Positions 1 through 11,400 of a stretch of DNA of 26,787 nt are shown in pieces. The notes beneath the pieces were generated by a model. The model ran no database searches. It saw nothing but the letters and a program-made list of their open reading frames with translations, and was not told where the DNA came from. The translations under genes and the position numbers were made by a program. Origin of the DNA: Octopus sinensis (taxonomy: Eukaryota); assembly GCF_006345805.1 (NCBI RefSeq), contig NW_021834067.1, positions 1 to 26,787 of the forward strand, given 5' to 3'. Position 1 is the first letter of the stretch; the number at the start of each line of letters is the position of its first letter.

Positions 1-108
1 AAAAAAATAGTAAATGTTTCCAATGGGAGAATACAAATATCTTTAAAAAAATAAATTATTTCACCTTTAAATATCTTTAAAATAAAAAATAATTTATTTG
101 ACCTTAAA

Positions 109-1497
109 ATGATCATTACTTCCAGAGCTAAAATATTGATCATTCTCATGATTTTCTATACAACGTTTTATATTTGTGAGCTTTTTAAATTGAACCACCA
201 GACATCAATTTCCTTACGGGGAAGAAAAAAAGTTCCCAACAGGAATATGCTGGAGAAAATCATCGACTACTTCCATTTTGAGAGACAGCTGGAACCCACT
301 GACGACCTGATGCACGTCTTTGCTGTTGTTGGAGAAAATTTCATTTTCAGGATTCGAAAGGGATGCCGATCTTAGAGAAATCGGAAGTGTTTGACCACTA
401 CGGATTCTCTTCGTCGTATAATTACAAGGTTCAGGAATTGAGAGTGAGTTTCCTGTTTTTATGGGTAGAATAAGATCGTGGCGTCATGCCTGGTAGACAT
501 TCCTATCAAGTCATGTGTCTACTACTACCCTGGGGGACACAGTGTTGATTGTATGGGGGCAATCGGGTTTGCTAAAAGTAGTAAAATTAAAATTTCTGGA
601 ATCAAAATTGTGAAAAATGGGTTTTTTGAGATCAATTTTGAAAATGAGGTTGCTGTCGAAAGGTGGGAATGTTTTGTGACTGTTTAGATTTTTGTTGATT
701 CTGAGAGACCGGCCAATTAATTACGAGATTAGATTAGTGATTGATGCCAAGTTTCTGGTTAGGGGACTGAACAGTGCCAGAGAGACCGTGTTTTACTATG
801 AACAAGACAAAGATGTGGACGTATTTCCGAATTCTTTTGGGAATGTGAGCCTTATTCAGGTTGCGACGATTGTCGACTCTGACTTTAACGTTGACGTCTT
901 TGTATTCTGTTATTCATACATTTTTAAGATTGAGTTACTCAAATGGACCGACAGTATTTAATTTTGTGGTTATTTAAAAAGAATCTTTTATTGTTTTCGT
1001 GTGCATATTTAACACCATATATTTTTGGAAAGACGATTTCAAAGGGCATTAGGAGCCGCAAAGTGTTTAAGTTGGACGGAGGTAGAAGAATGTCATCAGA
1101 AGCCACAAGGCGGACAACTATCATTTTCCATAAGCTTGGAGTGGTCTTTATTACGAAGGTTAGCATTTTCATATTTATTCCTTGAACAGGGCTCAGATAC
1201 AACGGAAGGAATGGAAAGAACTATGTATGGATTTTGGTCAAAGAGAATAAGGTTTTCTTTTAATAGCGAAGTCTGTGAAGCACGTGGCTTCGAATTAGGT
1301 TTCCTTTGAGATATGCAATAGTCATGGCTCCGAAGCAAAATAATTTCAACCAATCAGTAGGCTGGTCAGAATCAAGGGTATTTACAATGGCCTTAGTGAG
1401 CGAGTCAACGACAGCAATTCTACCGGCTTTTGGTATCTTCCGTGCACGGCGCAGATCGAGACATTCGATAACACATAGACGGAGGCGGGGGATTTGA
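109..1497 (+). CDS. Multi-exon gene of unknown function with an N-terminal hydrophobic signal/anchor; integrity uncertain
   Basis: ORF-track pieces 109-375, 478-687, 692-961, 943-1185, 1025-1309 and 1306-1497 can be joined in one open frame through GT..AG introns of about 23-34 nt (e.g. gttggagaaaatttcattttcag, gtgagtttcctgtttttatgggtag, gtgggaatgttttgtgactgtttag, gttagcattttcatatttattccttgaacag). The N-terminus is MIITSRAKILIILMIFYTTFYI. No family recognised. The first putative intron and the frame of the last exon are ambiguous. Confidence 0.45.
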
Positions 1498-2614
1498 ACG
1501 GATACGGGCTTCGGAGGGCAAGCGCTGAGATTGCAAGGGACATTTATAAGATTGACTGATAAAGGGGTGATATGAAAAAGAATTATTAATAAAGAATTGA
1601 AATGAAAAATAATTAGAAAAGAAATGAGAGATTAGAGAACAGCAATGAGAGCAGGTCTTTTGACGATTTTTCGAGCAATGAGCTCTACGATGATGCATTA
1701 TTCGAGAAGCATAAAAATTTCTACTTAACACGACTGTAAGAAATAATTATCTGATAATATTTTATTCTAAACAAAAGGTATCCATTCTAGGGTTAAAATG
1801 TCAATTTTGGATTGACAATCGAAAAGATAGGTTCACATTGAAGCTGGCTTATGGAGTACAACTTGACGGAAGGCTAGAAAGCTTGCAAGAATCTTCTGTG
1901 CCCACGATCCGGACGGTCTCGGAGAACAGTTGTCGACACCAACAATAATTGGTGATACGCATTGAAAAAGACACTTCGATGCCTCGTTTAATCTTCTCGT
2001 TAACAATCTTTCCTTGTTTTCTTTTGGTTTCTGTTTTTTTGATTAATAAACGACATTCTATTTTATAATTTATTTCTCGAGACCTCGTTAAGAAACACTG
2101 CTCTTGGTTTTCCAAGTTCTACATTAATTTAAGTTTCAAGTCAAATCGAGTCCCTTAATCACATCCGTAGGTCCTATAATGGCAAAAATGGGTTTGACGG
2201 CAGAATTTTTTACCGAATTAGCTTTTAAATTACATGTAAAAAAACTAATCAATGCCAGTTTTAGTCTGATACAATATTTTAATTAATTTGTCAATCTTTA
2301 GTTAATTCTAACAATTGAGCTGTTTTTATTTCTTATTCAGATCATTCGTATGTTTTTATATCTCTATTCAACATTTTTCCATACCTCAGTGACGTTTGAT
2401 TCAGCTCTGATACTAGAATAAACGTTTTCCTGCATTCCCCGTTTGTGACAGTTTACCTTTCATTCGGGATCGATTGACCACACAAGTCAACGCATAATCA
2501 TACAAAAAAAGCATTTCGTTTTTGTATCAAAGAAATTTTCTTACTCAATAATTGAAGTAAGAATTAAATAAAAATAATCGTGCAGAAACACGAATAAGAA
2601 AGACAAGATTTGTA

Positions 2615-3480
2615 AATATTCAGTATCGCCACTTGGAGTTTTTATTGATTTTATTTGCCAGACTTTTCCCGGCAATATTTACTTCATCCGCATTGTTGGA
2701 TACGGAATTTGTGTACTCGGGTCTTGCTGATTTTATCACGGGATATTGTGAATGCTTATTGTGCTGTATTTGATGGGAGTACAGAAAAGGCATGGTTTTT
2801 TGATGTATTGCAGGTTATGTGCTTTGTCGGAGACTTGGTTGAGGATTTGGACACGTGCGATATGACACAGGAGTTGGGGGAGAATGTATATCTGGTTTGT
2901 AATTGTAGATTACTCGTTTGTTGGACTGGGCCTGTCGTTTAGTTGACGATAGGAAGACACTTTCTATGGTGTTGTCTTTAGTTCGGAAGTGGGTTGTTCA
3001 GTCACTAGGAAAAGGGGAGACAGTTGGGGTGAGTCGATATTTGTCATGTGTCGTAGAGGAAGGCTGTTTATCGTTGGTTGGGATCATTTCCCGGAGTGGA
3101 GGATGATGGGGATGTTCTCTTTTTCGTACTCCGAATTTTGTGTCGAGAAATGTGTGATAAGTCCAGTGCGAAAGGTAATATAATTTGCATGATAATATAA
3201 TTCAGACTCTGACATGGGGAAAGTGTTGGCCCAGTCTTTTGAGGATATCCAGACTGTCGTAGGGGCCGATGTGTTTAACCGCATGTTTGCGGATGCCAGT
3301 CGAGAGATCACTTCTCGGAAATATAAGAAACGGCAAGATCAGATAATGACCAGTCTTCATAATTTGACTGTTGCTAATGAGAGAAGGTTGAAACAACGGT
3401 TGCGAAATACTACAGCAATTAAGAGAAGACGTGAAAAGTTTGGAGAAGCTATTCCCCTTGCCAAAAGACTTGATTTATAA
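2615..3480 (+). pseudogene. UTP20: 3'-terminal fragment of UTP20 (SSU processome HEAT-repeat protein), 5'-truncated, introns retained
   Basis: After splicing 23-31 nt introns it reads WNFSRQYLLHPHCWIRNL...DMTQELGENV...LLDWACRLV...RKAVYRWLGSF...LRILCREM...LAQSFEDIQTVVGADVF...RREKFGEAIPLAKRLDL*. This is collinear with the UTP20 C-terminus (HLRHPHNWVW, DQSLGEQV, RTCIFKFLGAV, PLFRELN, LSQEIIELLKKLVG). UTP20 is >2500 aa and nothing upstream continues it. Confidence 0.7.
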
Positions 3481-3654
3481 TTATCTTTTATATTTTTTTC
3501 AGAATCATGACTTTATATCTAAAGAATTTAAAGGATTGGGTAGGGAGATAATCTAGGGATCTAGTTTTCGTACCTTCTGAAAGACATTAGTTAACAAAGC
3601 ACTAGGTTTTCTAAAGATTGTTACTCTCTATCAGACGAATGGTTTAATTTTCAC

Positions 3655-3985
3655 GTTAGTTAGTTATCCCCGGTTTCGCAATCTTGTAGAAAACCACCAG
3701 CAAGTAAAAAGCGAGCGATGGAGGCCGGCCGCTCCCACAAGGAGGGGAGACGATTGAGATGGCCCAGGGGATGAGAAAAGTCATTTGGGTGCAAGCACTA
3801 ATATGGTTTGTAAGGGAGCAAGTGGTTTATATTGACGCCAGGATTGTTCTTTGATGTGAGGAGTAATTGTTAAATCTGCCTGCAATGTAATTCGTTAGTC
3901 GTGAGGTCAGTGGTTGTTGAATGTTGTGGGCAAAAGCCATGTTGCGATTTGGATAGGTTGAATGTGTGTTTAATTGAGCTAAGAA
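3655..3985 (-). mobile_element. Internally deleted I-group LINE relic (RT domain 2-3 joined to the element 3' end)
   Basis: Minus strand reads SKSQHGFCPQHSTTT...IAGRFN...QRTILASI (RT motif QHGFRP.HSTTT). It then jumps to the C-terminal SLWERPASIARFLLAGGFL and the tail ggggataactaactaac. Confidence 0.7.
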
Positions 3986-4679
3986 TGAATTTTTCAAGAA
4001 TTTTTGAAATTACCGAGAGGAGACAGATTTTTCTGAACGATTTTTGTTTAGTTTAAAGATTTGGATAATGATTGACTTTTTCTATGTCATCGGTATCATA
4101 TCAGAATTTAACGATGAGTTTATAATGTCTGATAGTGTTTTCAGCCTCCATGGGCCTAATTCTTCCGATCGTATTTACAAAGGCCATAAGCTTCCTTGGC
4201 AAGTGTGAATTTTTGGTATTTTTGACCAACTAGTAGATTTGGCAAAAGTAAATAGTAATTAAGTCTGATTGTTTTTTGTCTAAAAAGGGACTTGGAATGT
4301 GGTTAATTTGTTGTGTTCATTTGGCTAATTTTTGCGTATTGGTTAATAAGAGTGTTTGCTTGTTCGAGGAATGTCTTTGTTTGGTGTTTAGTGTTTTCCT
4401 AGTTACGGGAAAAATTTTTTTAGTATTTTCTAAAAGTTGGAGGATTTTGTACGGTGGTTGAGAGAGGAAACAAGTCGGAGTCGTAGACTGTTGTAGATTT
4501 TCTGTGACGTTTTTTAAAGTCAGAAAATCTGTTGATCATACGGATTTACAAAAGTAAAAGAGAATTTTTGAAATTCCCTCTCAGTACACGTGGTTTTTTC
4601 AACCTGAATTAATTTAGTTGTGTATCGGAGTTGTAGACTTTTGTAGGAATTTGGGTCATTTTTATTTCTTAATTGAGAA

Positions 4680-6200
4680 ACAAATTTCGGAATCAGTTTA
4701 CTTTTAACCCTGGCTCGATTTTACAGTGGTTATGTACTGGGGTCACTTATCTGATTTCTAAAGTAGATAACCCTTCCGTCCCGACAGATTATTGTCCGAT
4801 TACCTGTATGCCTAATTTGTACAAGTTGATGACTAAGGTAGTGACTACTGAAGTCAGAAATTTCATGTAGGTGAATGGAATTCTGTCCGAGAACCAGTTA
4901 GGTACTCGATGGGATTGCCAGGAAGTTAAGGAGCAGGCACTGATCAACAAATACCTTGCGGGAGCCCACGGAAACTTACTAGTATCAATGTGGGTGGATG
5001 TGAAGAAGGCATATTACTCGGTTGACCATGCCTACTTTGTTGAGTGTCTGTGAAGACTCAAGTTGCCTTCATAGTTTATCAAATTTGTTGCAACTGTGAT
5101 GCACAGGTACGTGCCATAAGCGAGATTAAGCTAGAGAGGGGCATATTACAGGGCGACAGCATGTTTTCGTGGCTGTTTGTCCTCTGCTTAGAACCGTCGA
5201 GTAAAGTCCTCACTGCCCAATTTAAACAAAAGTCAATCGAACATGACGGAATGTGTTTTAACATCAACCATATCATGTTCATAAACGGCATTAAACTGTT
5301 CGCTTGGTCTTCAGAGACCCTCCTCTCAATGGGCAAAGCCTTGGAAGGTTTTATGAAGGGCCTGTGTCTGGAGCTTGAATACAACAAGTCGGCGACTGTG
5401 TGTGGTGACCTATTCAAAGTCTTGGAGGAGCACCAAAAGTATAAGTATCTTGGCTTAGTTGAAAGTCCAGCCTCATTAATCACACTTGAAATGAGGAAGT
5501 GTGTAGTTAGGGGTATCGTAGTAGGTTTTTTTAAAAGGGGCAGCAATGTAATGCAAAACTTGCCTCAATTCACGAAATTTATTTCATGCCTTGAACGAGT
5601 ACACCACCTCATTGTCTGAAGAATACTCCGAAAGAATCCCATCGACGTGTTGGCAAGCAATAAGGAGAGATTATACTTGTCTTGCGGGCAGTTAAAACGT
5701 GGACTGAGTAACGTCGTACACTTAAGTGAATGAATTCTTACTAAGATGCACGACACCTTGTGAAGTAGGTCAAGTTTATCCCAAAGGAAGGTTGTCATCA
5801 TTGCTTTTGAAAAAACGCGTGGTACACACCTTGGGACTATAAAAAACTACGTGTCGGCTAGGTATGGTCTGAATGCTACCCAAGTTAATGTGAATGAGTT
5901 GATCAAACTTCAGAGGGAATCCCTAATTAAAAAGATCAACTTAAAAGTCTTTCACAAGATTCTCTTTACCAGCCTGGACAACCCGCACATTGACGTATCG
6001 TCGTCATCAACGTGGCTGAAATATGGGAATAACTCTCCCCGATCAGAAGGGTTGTTCTCATATTTGCTGGATAAAAACGTAATGGTCAACGGAAACAGTG
6101 CAAAGACTGTAAATGGAAAGCGATGACTGTTGACCATTTAGCAACGAAGTGCGGGAGAATTCTGTACCATGATTACAAATAATGAGGTCCCACTGCAGAC
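4680..6200 (+). mobile_element. Degenerate R4/Dong-like (REL-endonuclease class) non-LTR retrotransposon, RT to CCHC region, truncated at both ends
   Basis: Motifs TGVTYLISK..DYCPITCMPNLYKLMTK, LSENQLG, VDVKKAYYSVDH, RGILQGDSMFSWLF, NHIMFINGIKLFA (catalytic DD changed to NG), YKYLG, ERLYL, SSTWLKYGNNSPRSEG and TVDHLATKCG. Multiple stops and frameshifts. Confidence 0.9.
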
Positions 6201-6519
6201 AAGATGTCAAGCCTAAAACGGTCCATTTATCAATCAAGTTAAACAAATTATACTTAGTATATATAATTCAAACTGATTAAATTTGGAGACAAACCATAAA
6301 GGCTGTTGCTATTTAATATGCTTAATTTTTTTGAAATTTTGCTCCCACTTCTGAAATCAAATACATTTTATTTGTCTTTTTCAAATGTATTCTCTCCCTC
6401 CCAATTTTTCCTATCTTATATTCTCTCTTTCAATTATGTTAATGATATTCTTATATTTTTGTTTAATTCCCATAATTTTTAGTTGTCTAAAACAAAACGA
6501 ATATTTTCCTGTAGACATA

Positions 6520-7002
6520 ATTGTGTCCCAACAAACCTATTGACCCTATAAAATATATCCTTTGAGAACTTGATGCGATGTCGGCACGATCAATGATTAA
6601 GGTATAATTGTTAAAGTAAAAAAATAATCACTTTTAAAAAACTCAAAAAACTTTAATAACCTGGAATTTTATGAGGTTTAAAAATTATTTGTTCAAAATA
6701 CCAATATTCTACTACATTAAAAAATTCCTAATTGTTGAAAATATATATTAAAGAAATATTGATGCTAAAATATAGAAAATTACATGACGATAGTTCTAAA
6801 GTTCCGATATTTCTGCAAATTTGAAAAGCTTCCCGAAACTGCAATAATCTGAATGACTTTTATTATATTAGTATCGACTAAATTAAGTAAATAACCAACA
6901 TACATTTGATTGAAGCGCAGTCTTTATAGTTTCTCGAATATCGGCGGCAACAATTCCGCTTCCAGCGTATTTAATTGCAATGGGAGTTGTATAATTTGTC
7001 AT
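6520..7002 (-). pseudogene. Degenerate proteasome beta-subunit-like fragment (resembles beta7/PSMB4)
   Basis: TTPIAIKYAGSGIVAAD.R, then a 26-nt intron (6878-6903), then NIIKVIQIIAVSGSFSNLQ and a later GSIGLLGHNY. These resemble TSVLGVKFEGGVVIAAD / MLGASGDYADFQ / GYVDMLGVAY. The phase across the intron is broken. Very AT-rich and diverged. Confidence 0.4.
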
Positions 7003-7119
7003 TTCCTATTAAAAACCCAGCAATATCAATAGATATGAAAAAAATATTTAATAAAATATATTATTTGATCAATTTTATTAAATTAAATAGTATATACAAT
7101 TGTAACCTGTCTCGTGGGA

Positions 7120-9110
7120 ATGACTGCTTTTGAAGGTAGTCATTAGTCTGTGAAATGGCTGATAGAAATGGGTGTAATTCCGGAAATAGCCAAGTCCATC
7201 TACAAACTAGAATGGGAGTAATTATACTGCTGTATTCCTTTCTCCAAACCTTCTAGGCCTTCTGTATTCCACTCTTGCAAGTAGTTTTCGAGTCACTTTC
7301 CACTGGAGTGACTCATTCAACCACAGAAAAGTCGCGTTGTGAGTGGAATAAAGCTGATTGTGACCCCGACTTGAGTTGAGGACTATTTCTAATTCTTAGG
7401 AATGGAAGGACTCGAGTGTTGTGCAGTAGGCAATCGATGGACAGGCTGTCGTTGTTCGTTTGGGACAAATCACACTGGTGGGGCCAATAATTGTTATCGT
7501 AGTTAAGAATGATGGGCTATGTCGAATTGGTTGGTCGACCAGACAAGCTGCACTGTGCATTGGACTTGATAGATTTAGTTTTGGATATGGTAGCACTGCC
7601 AAAAAGTCTACGAACCGACAATTTATGACATATGGAGAGGAATATGGTATCCACGATGTCGTCGGGTCTTTCATTGACCGAGATTTGGGTGTTATTCGAT
7701 TCACCAAAAACGGTTTTAGTGTTTACCTGCTCATAATTAGGCCGGGACCTCGGTTTGGCTTTTGAAATTCCAAAAAATTTAAAATTTGAAACATTTTATC
7801 CTGCCAGTGCTTTAAAAGTTGAATCGATTTATTAAATTAAAGTGTTGTCGCGTTAGTACTAATTTTGGACCATTTTCATCGGTATGTATTTCTGGTCACT
7901 CCAATAGAATTACCCTTCTCAGTTGGAACAGATGGTCGCACAGTCCCCTTCTCATACAGCCTCGAGGAGTCCCAGATCTCCTTTAGCCTTCATTATTGAG
8001 GTCTGTGTTTTATCACTATTTGTAGCCTTCACGAGAGTTAGTCCTTCAGGTAGGTTAGTACGATTAATCAGGTCAGACTTTTGCCCAATTGAATGACTTG
8101 GACATATTTGCCAAACATTCAGTTGTGTTGTTGGCTTATTCCTGCAGTTGTTTGTCGCTGACTGGAGGGGGGAGTGTCGAAGAACAGATGAATGAGTGTA
8201 GAGTGGGACAAGTATATATAATTATTGAGATTAGAATCACATTGTTGTTGCCACGGTGGGTAAATTGAAGGAATTTTTGGATTCGGACACTCTCAATACG
8301 CTGGGATGCAAATTCCTGATTCTAGACGAAGCCGACACATTGATCAACAGTTCAGACAGAGTGTGCTTGTATTACCAAAACATTTTATTACCAACAAACA
8401 CAACTCGTCGTCAAAATATAATTTGTTCGGCCACACTGCACAATCCATCAATTCGTCGATTTGCTAATCAAAGACTGCCGTTTGCCACCTTCATCGACCT
8501 CAAGAGAGAGGACAGTGTTCCCGAGACGGTTCATCAGATTGTAATCCGCGTTGTGCTCATTGCGGGTTTGTTTTGTGGACGCGGATGAGGACCGAGATTA
8601 CATGACATTTGCGAATCCAATCGCGACTGATAGAGTACACAAAATGACCCGACACGAGATATTTCCTGTATTTTTATGGCAGTATTCAGACGAGAGATCT
8701 CGAGGGGTCAAGTTACTGATGGGGATATACGTAGTGAGGACGATTGAGAGACTTGGGATAGATCGGGCGATTATATTCCGCAGGACTAAGCTTGATTGGG
8801 ACAATCTGCATGCTTATTTTGTTGGGATATATAATTGTATTTTAATTGGTGTATTTCAGCTGGGAGTCCTTTTGCCAGCAAGTTTAAATCACTGCCCTTC
8901 CATTCTGGGGAAAGTAGAAGGAATGAAAATTTGAGTGAGTTTCAGGTTTTTGTGTTTTAGTTAGTTTAGAAAGGAGGTGTTAACTTTCTCATTTCGACGG
9001 ATGTGGCTTGTCGTGGACAGTTGAACAGTTGCCTTTTGGTGTTATTTAATTTATAAATATTTAGTTATAAACATGACTCTCCCGGACGATCCTGCGAACT
9101 ACCTTCATCC
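7120..9110 (+). pseudogene. DDX1: DDX1 (DEAD-box helicase with SPRY insertion) pseudogene; Walker A exons missing, 3'-truncated in motif VI
   Basis: Starts MTAFEEMGVIPEIAKSIYKLEW. SPRY: DGLCRIGWST...FSFGYGSTAKKSTNRQF. Then IIEPSREL, FLILDEAD, ICSATLH, IDLKREDSVPETVH, AIIFRRTK, FLISTDVACRG and VINMTLPDDPANYLH, with many 21-30 nt introns. Lacks PTDIQ...AETGSGKT, has frameshifts near 8970-9020, and stops before HRIGRVGR. Confidence 0.92.
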
Positions 9111-9320
9111 GGAGGAAGCACAAGACTGACATGTGTTTCTTTAGTCTCATAGCAAAATTTTCTAAACAGACGATCATACTTGCTGTTTGCTTTAGTTTTG
9201 TTGATGGTTTTAATAACTATATTTAACTTTTCATGTAGAATTGGTGAAAGAGCTTTTGAAACCAAATGGTGTTTATATAGAACCAGTGGCTGAAGACTAT
9301 GGATGTTGGAATTCAAACGT
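9111..9320 (-). mobile_element. hAT transposase fragment (Buster/ZBED5/SCAND3-like)
   Basis: NIHSLQPLVLYKHHLVSKALSPILHEKLNIVIKTINKTKANSKYDRLFRKFCYETKETHVSLVL matches the Buster CxxH..LA.K.LSP.LHE.LN.VIK.VN.IKA.....RLF...C......LLLHTEVRW segment. Confidence 0.75.
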
Positions 9321-9370
9321 CGTGGGTTCGAATCCGATAGAACCAAGTTTTCAGCCGGGGTCAAATCTTG
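9318..9370 (+). repeat. tRNA-derived SINE-head relic (Pol III B box)
   Basis: gtgggttcgaatcc (T-loop/B box) followed by non-tRNA sequence; no complete cloverleaf. Confidence 0.4.
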
Positions 9371-9974
9371 TCAACGTTCCCCACCCGTGAGGCGACGAGT
9401 CCATCTGGCACGACACAGATGTCGAAAGGGGTACCTCCTACCTCCCCTGATCACATTACCGATGAAGAATCTCCATTATGCAAGAAACCCGTCCGGATTC
9501 AAATGAAGTGCGGTGAGCTACGGTAGGAGGCTGACAAATGGGAACTGGACATACCAGAAATTCCCCATTTCTCTTTGGAGACGGATGGCTGTAATGAAGA
9601 TTTGGAGGCTAATGTTGATCGGCACAAGCAATCCCTTCGTTCCTTGCTCCTTCATTTGATTAATTAGTTGTGACTGTTTGTGCTGGGCTTGCCATGTTGT
9701 GCAAGCTTGGGGGTTATAAATAAATTTATGTAGAACGCATTATATATGAATCATATTAGGACAAATTTTTTTCAAATATGCTGCAAATCATTCATACTTC
9801 TCAAATTGATGAGTTAGCTAACCGACGAAAGTCTTAATTCTTGTGTAAAATTAAAAATGACTAATTGTCAGTGAGATACAGGGACAATTATTTTATACTT
9901 TCTATTTTTAAATTTTCTTTCATTTTTTCTTTACAAAATATTTTTTATATGGCGGCTCTTTAATTATGGAACAA

Positions 9975-10255
9975 ACTGGTAGACGACTCTCCTCCTCTGG
10001 TGGACGACTCGGAGTCTTCGCTGGACCGAGAAACGAGAACATCTCTGGCACAACTTCGTTCCGGACATTCCCTCCTAATTGATGAATCTGGCTATTGGTC
10101 TCCTCCTCCGGACCATCTATGCCTATTGCTTCGAGAAGCTTCCTCCGGACCGGGGCCTCCGGCGTGCATTATGGACTTATGGAAGCGCCCAGCACTCGCT
10201 AGTGAGCGCCTGAGGACAGCCGGCCTCCTACAAGCTAGAGAGGTCGGGGTAACTA
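9975..10255 (+). mobile_element. 3' end of an I-group LINE
   Basis: SLDRETRTSLAQLRSGH...DLWKRPALASERLRTAGLL followed by ggggtaac; the LAQLRSGH and DLW..P motifs are typical of I-group ORF2 C-termini. Confidence 0.7.
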
Positions 10256-10499
10256 ATTATGCTTAATTGCTGTTTAAGTAAAAAAAAGTGGCTTTTTGCC
10301 ACAAAAAGGGTGCCGACTCCTGACCATGTCTATAAAAAATTCCTTCAAATCTATTTTTTGGTTAAAAAATTGTGGCACTCCGGATAGTTCCTCGATTTTA
10401 ATTGTCAGCATTTTTCAGGATTTTTAATTGAATTTCAGCATTTTTTGGTCATTTTGTATGCACAGTAACACAGTAGTTAGATGTCGGGTTAGAGTGACT

Positions 10500-10798
10500 T
10501 TTGTTACAGGTTCGAGTTTGGCTGCTGTCAATCTGAGGGAAGGTGGAACGATGCTCCTCATTAAACCACTATGCACATAAAATGGACATCTCGATCTTCC
10601 CCTTTTGTCCCATTTGCTGTGTTGACGAACATAAAACTGCCAATCTATTCCGCTGTCCCGGTCTTCTTTCACTCCGCAAAAAATTTGTCATTCACTCCCT
10701 GGAGGTCCTATAGGAGCTACCTGGGAGGGCGCTCTTGTTTCTGCAAGCTGCTGGTCTCATAATCTAATGTGAGATCGAGGTTACGCAACAACAACAAC
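10500..10798 (+). mobile_element. 3' end of a second I-group LINE with CCHC knuckle and (CAA)n tail
   Basis: RCSSLNHYAHKMDISIFPFCPICCVDEHKTANLFRCP...VL*ELPGRALLFLQAAGLI*, then (CAA)4C at 10786-10798. Confidence 0.75.
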
Positions 10799-11342
10799 GA
10801 TGCTTTGAAAAGGATTTGACAAATGAAGTTGTCATCAGTGGTCCTCCGCGGTGGAACCAGATTGTCTGTGAAGGACCCACACGCAAGAAAAATGAAAAAA
10901 ATAATGAAGAACGTTAGCCTCTACCTACGATTAATTAACATTAACTGTTCTTCACTTAAAAATAAAGTTTATGTCTTGCCTATGCGGGGTCATAAAGTAC
11001 TATAGCTTTCTGGAAAAGGCTATTATTAGTAACACAGTTGTGTGTGGTCTGCTTCGAAAGCAGCCGGTGCTTCGAAAGTCCGACCTTATTATATCCTCTC
11101 AGGAGGGGAAAGATCCATTCTCAAGAAGTAGTCCTTATCGAGCATTCCTCATAGTGGTCCCCAATTATTCAGATTTATATTTAGCGTATAGTTTCATGCT
11201 TTGATCACCTTTAAAGACTAAGTAAGCCGGGCAGACAATGGAATAATACCTAGTTTTTTAAGAAAAAATTAAATGCTAGCTAGGCTAGGTGGCTAAAAGA
11301 CTATTCAATAGCCTATGGATCAGTTCAGCTACGCCGCAATAT

Positions 11343-11400
11343 GTATTCCCGGAGCACGAAGACAGAGATTCGATGATAGATCCAATATAAAATAATATTG
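11343..11400 (-). mobile_element. CRE-clade LINE 3' coding relic (inverted copy)
   Basis: Minus strand YWIYHRISVFVLR; recognisable DNA similarity to 11654-11695 in the opposite orientation. Confidence 0.45.

Noticed and set aside
2130-2210. Minus-strand KPIFAIIGPT...KGLDLT resembling the tRNA isopentenyltransferase N-terminus
   Set aside because: Only two short words, the P-loop GKS is absent, and chance cannot be excluded.
3990-4470. Minus-strand coding-like words (TFLEQANTLINQYAKISQM; LPRKLMAFVNTIGRIRPMEAENT)
   Set aside because: Low-complexity A-rich strand with many stops and no family recognised.
4475-4647. Two 23-nt direct repeats (tcggagt(c/t)gtagact(g/t)ttgtag) as CRISPR-like or LTR structure
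   Set aside because: Only two imperfect copies in a eukaryotic context, with no array or LTR hallmarks.
9290-9345. Functional tRNA genes at the two B-box sites (here and 21320-21395)
   Set aside because: No complete acceptor, D and anticodon arms can be folded; treated as SINE relics.
10800-11230. Possible degenerate integrase zinc finger (GH..YY*..CxxC..DHL; Gypsy or KRBA2/Ginger-like)
   Set aside because: Requires mixing three frames and several stops; too weak to call without a profile search.
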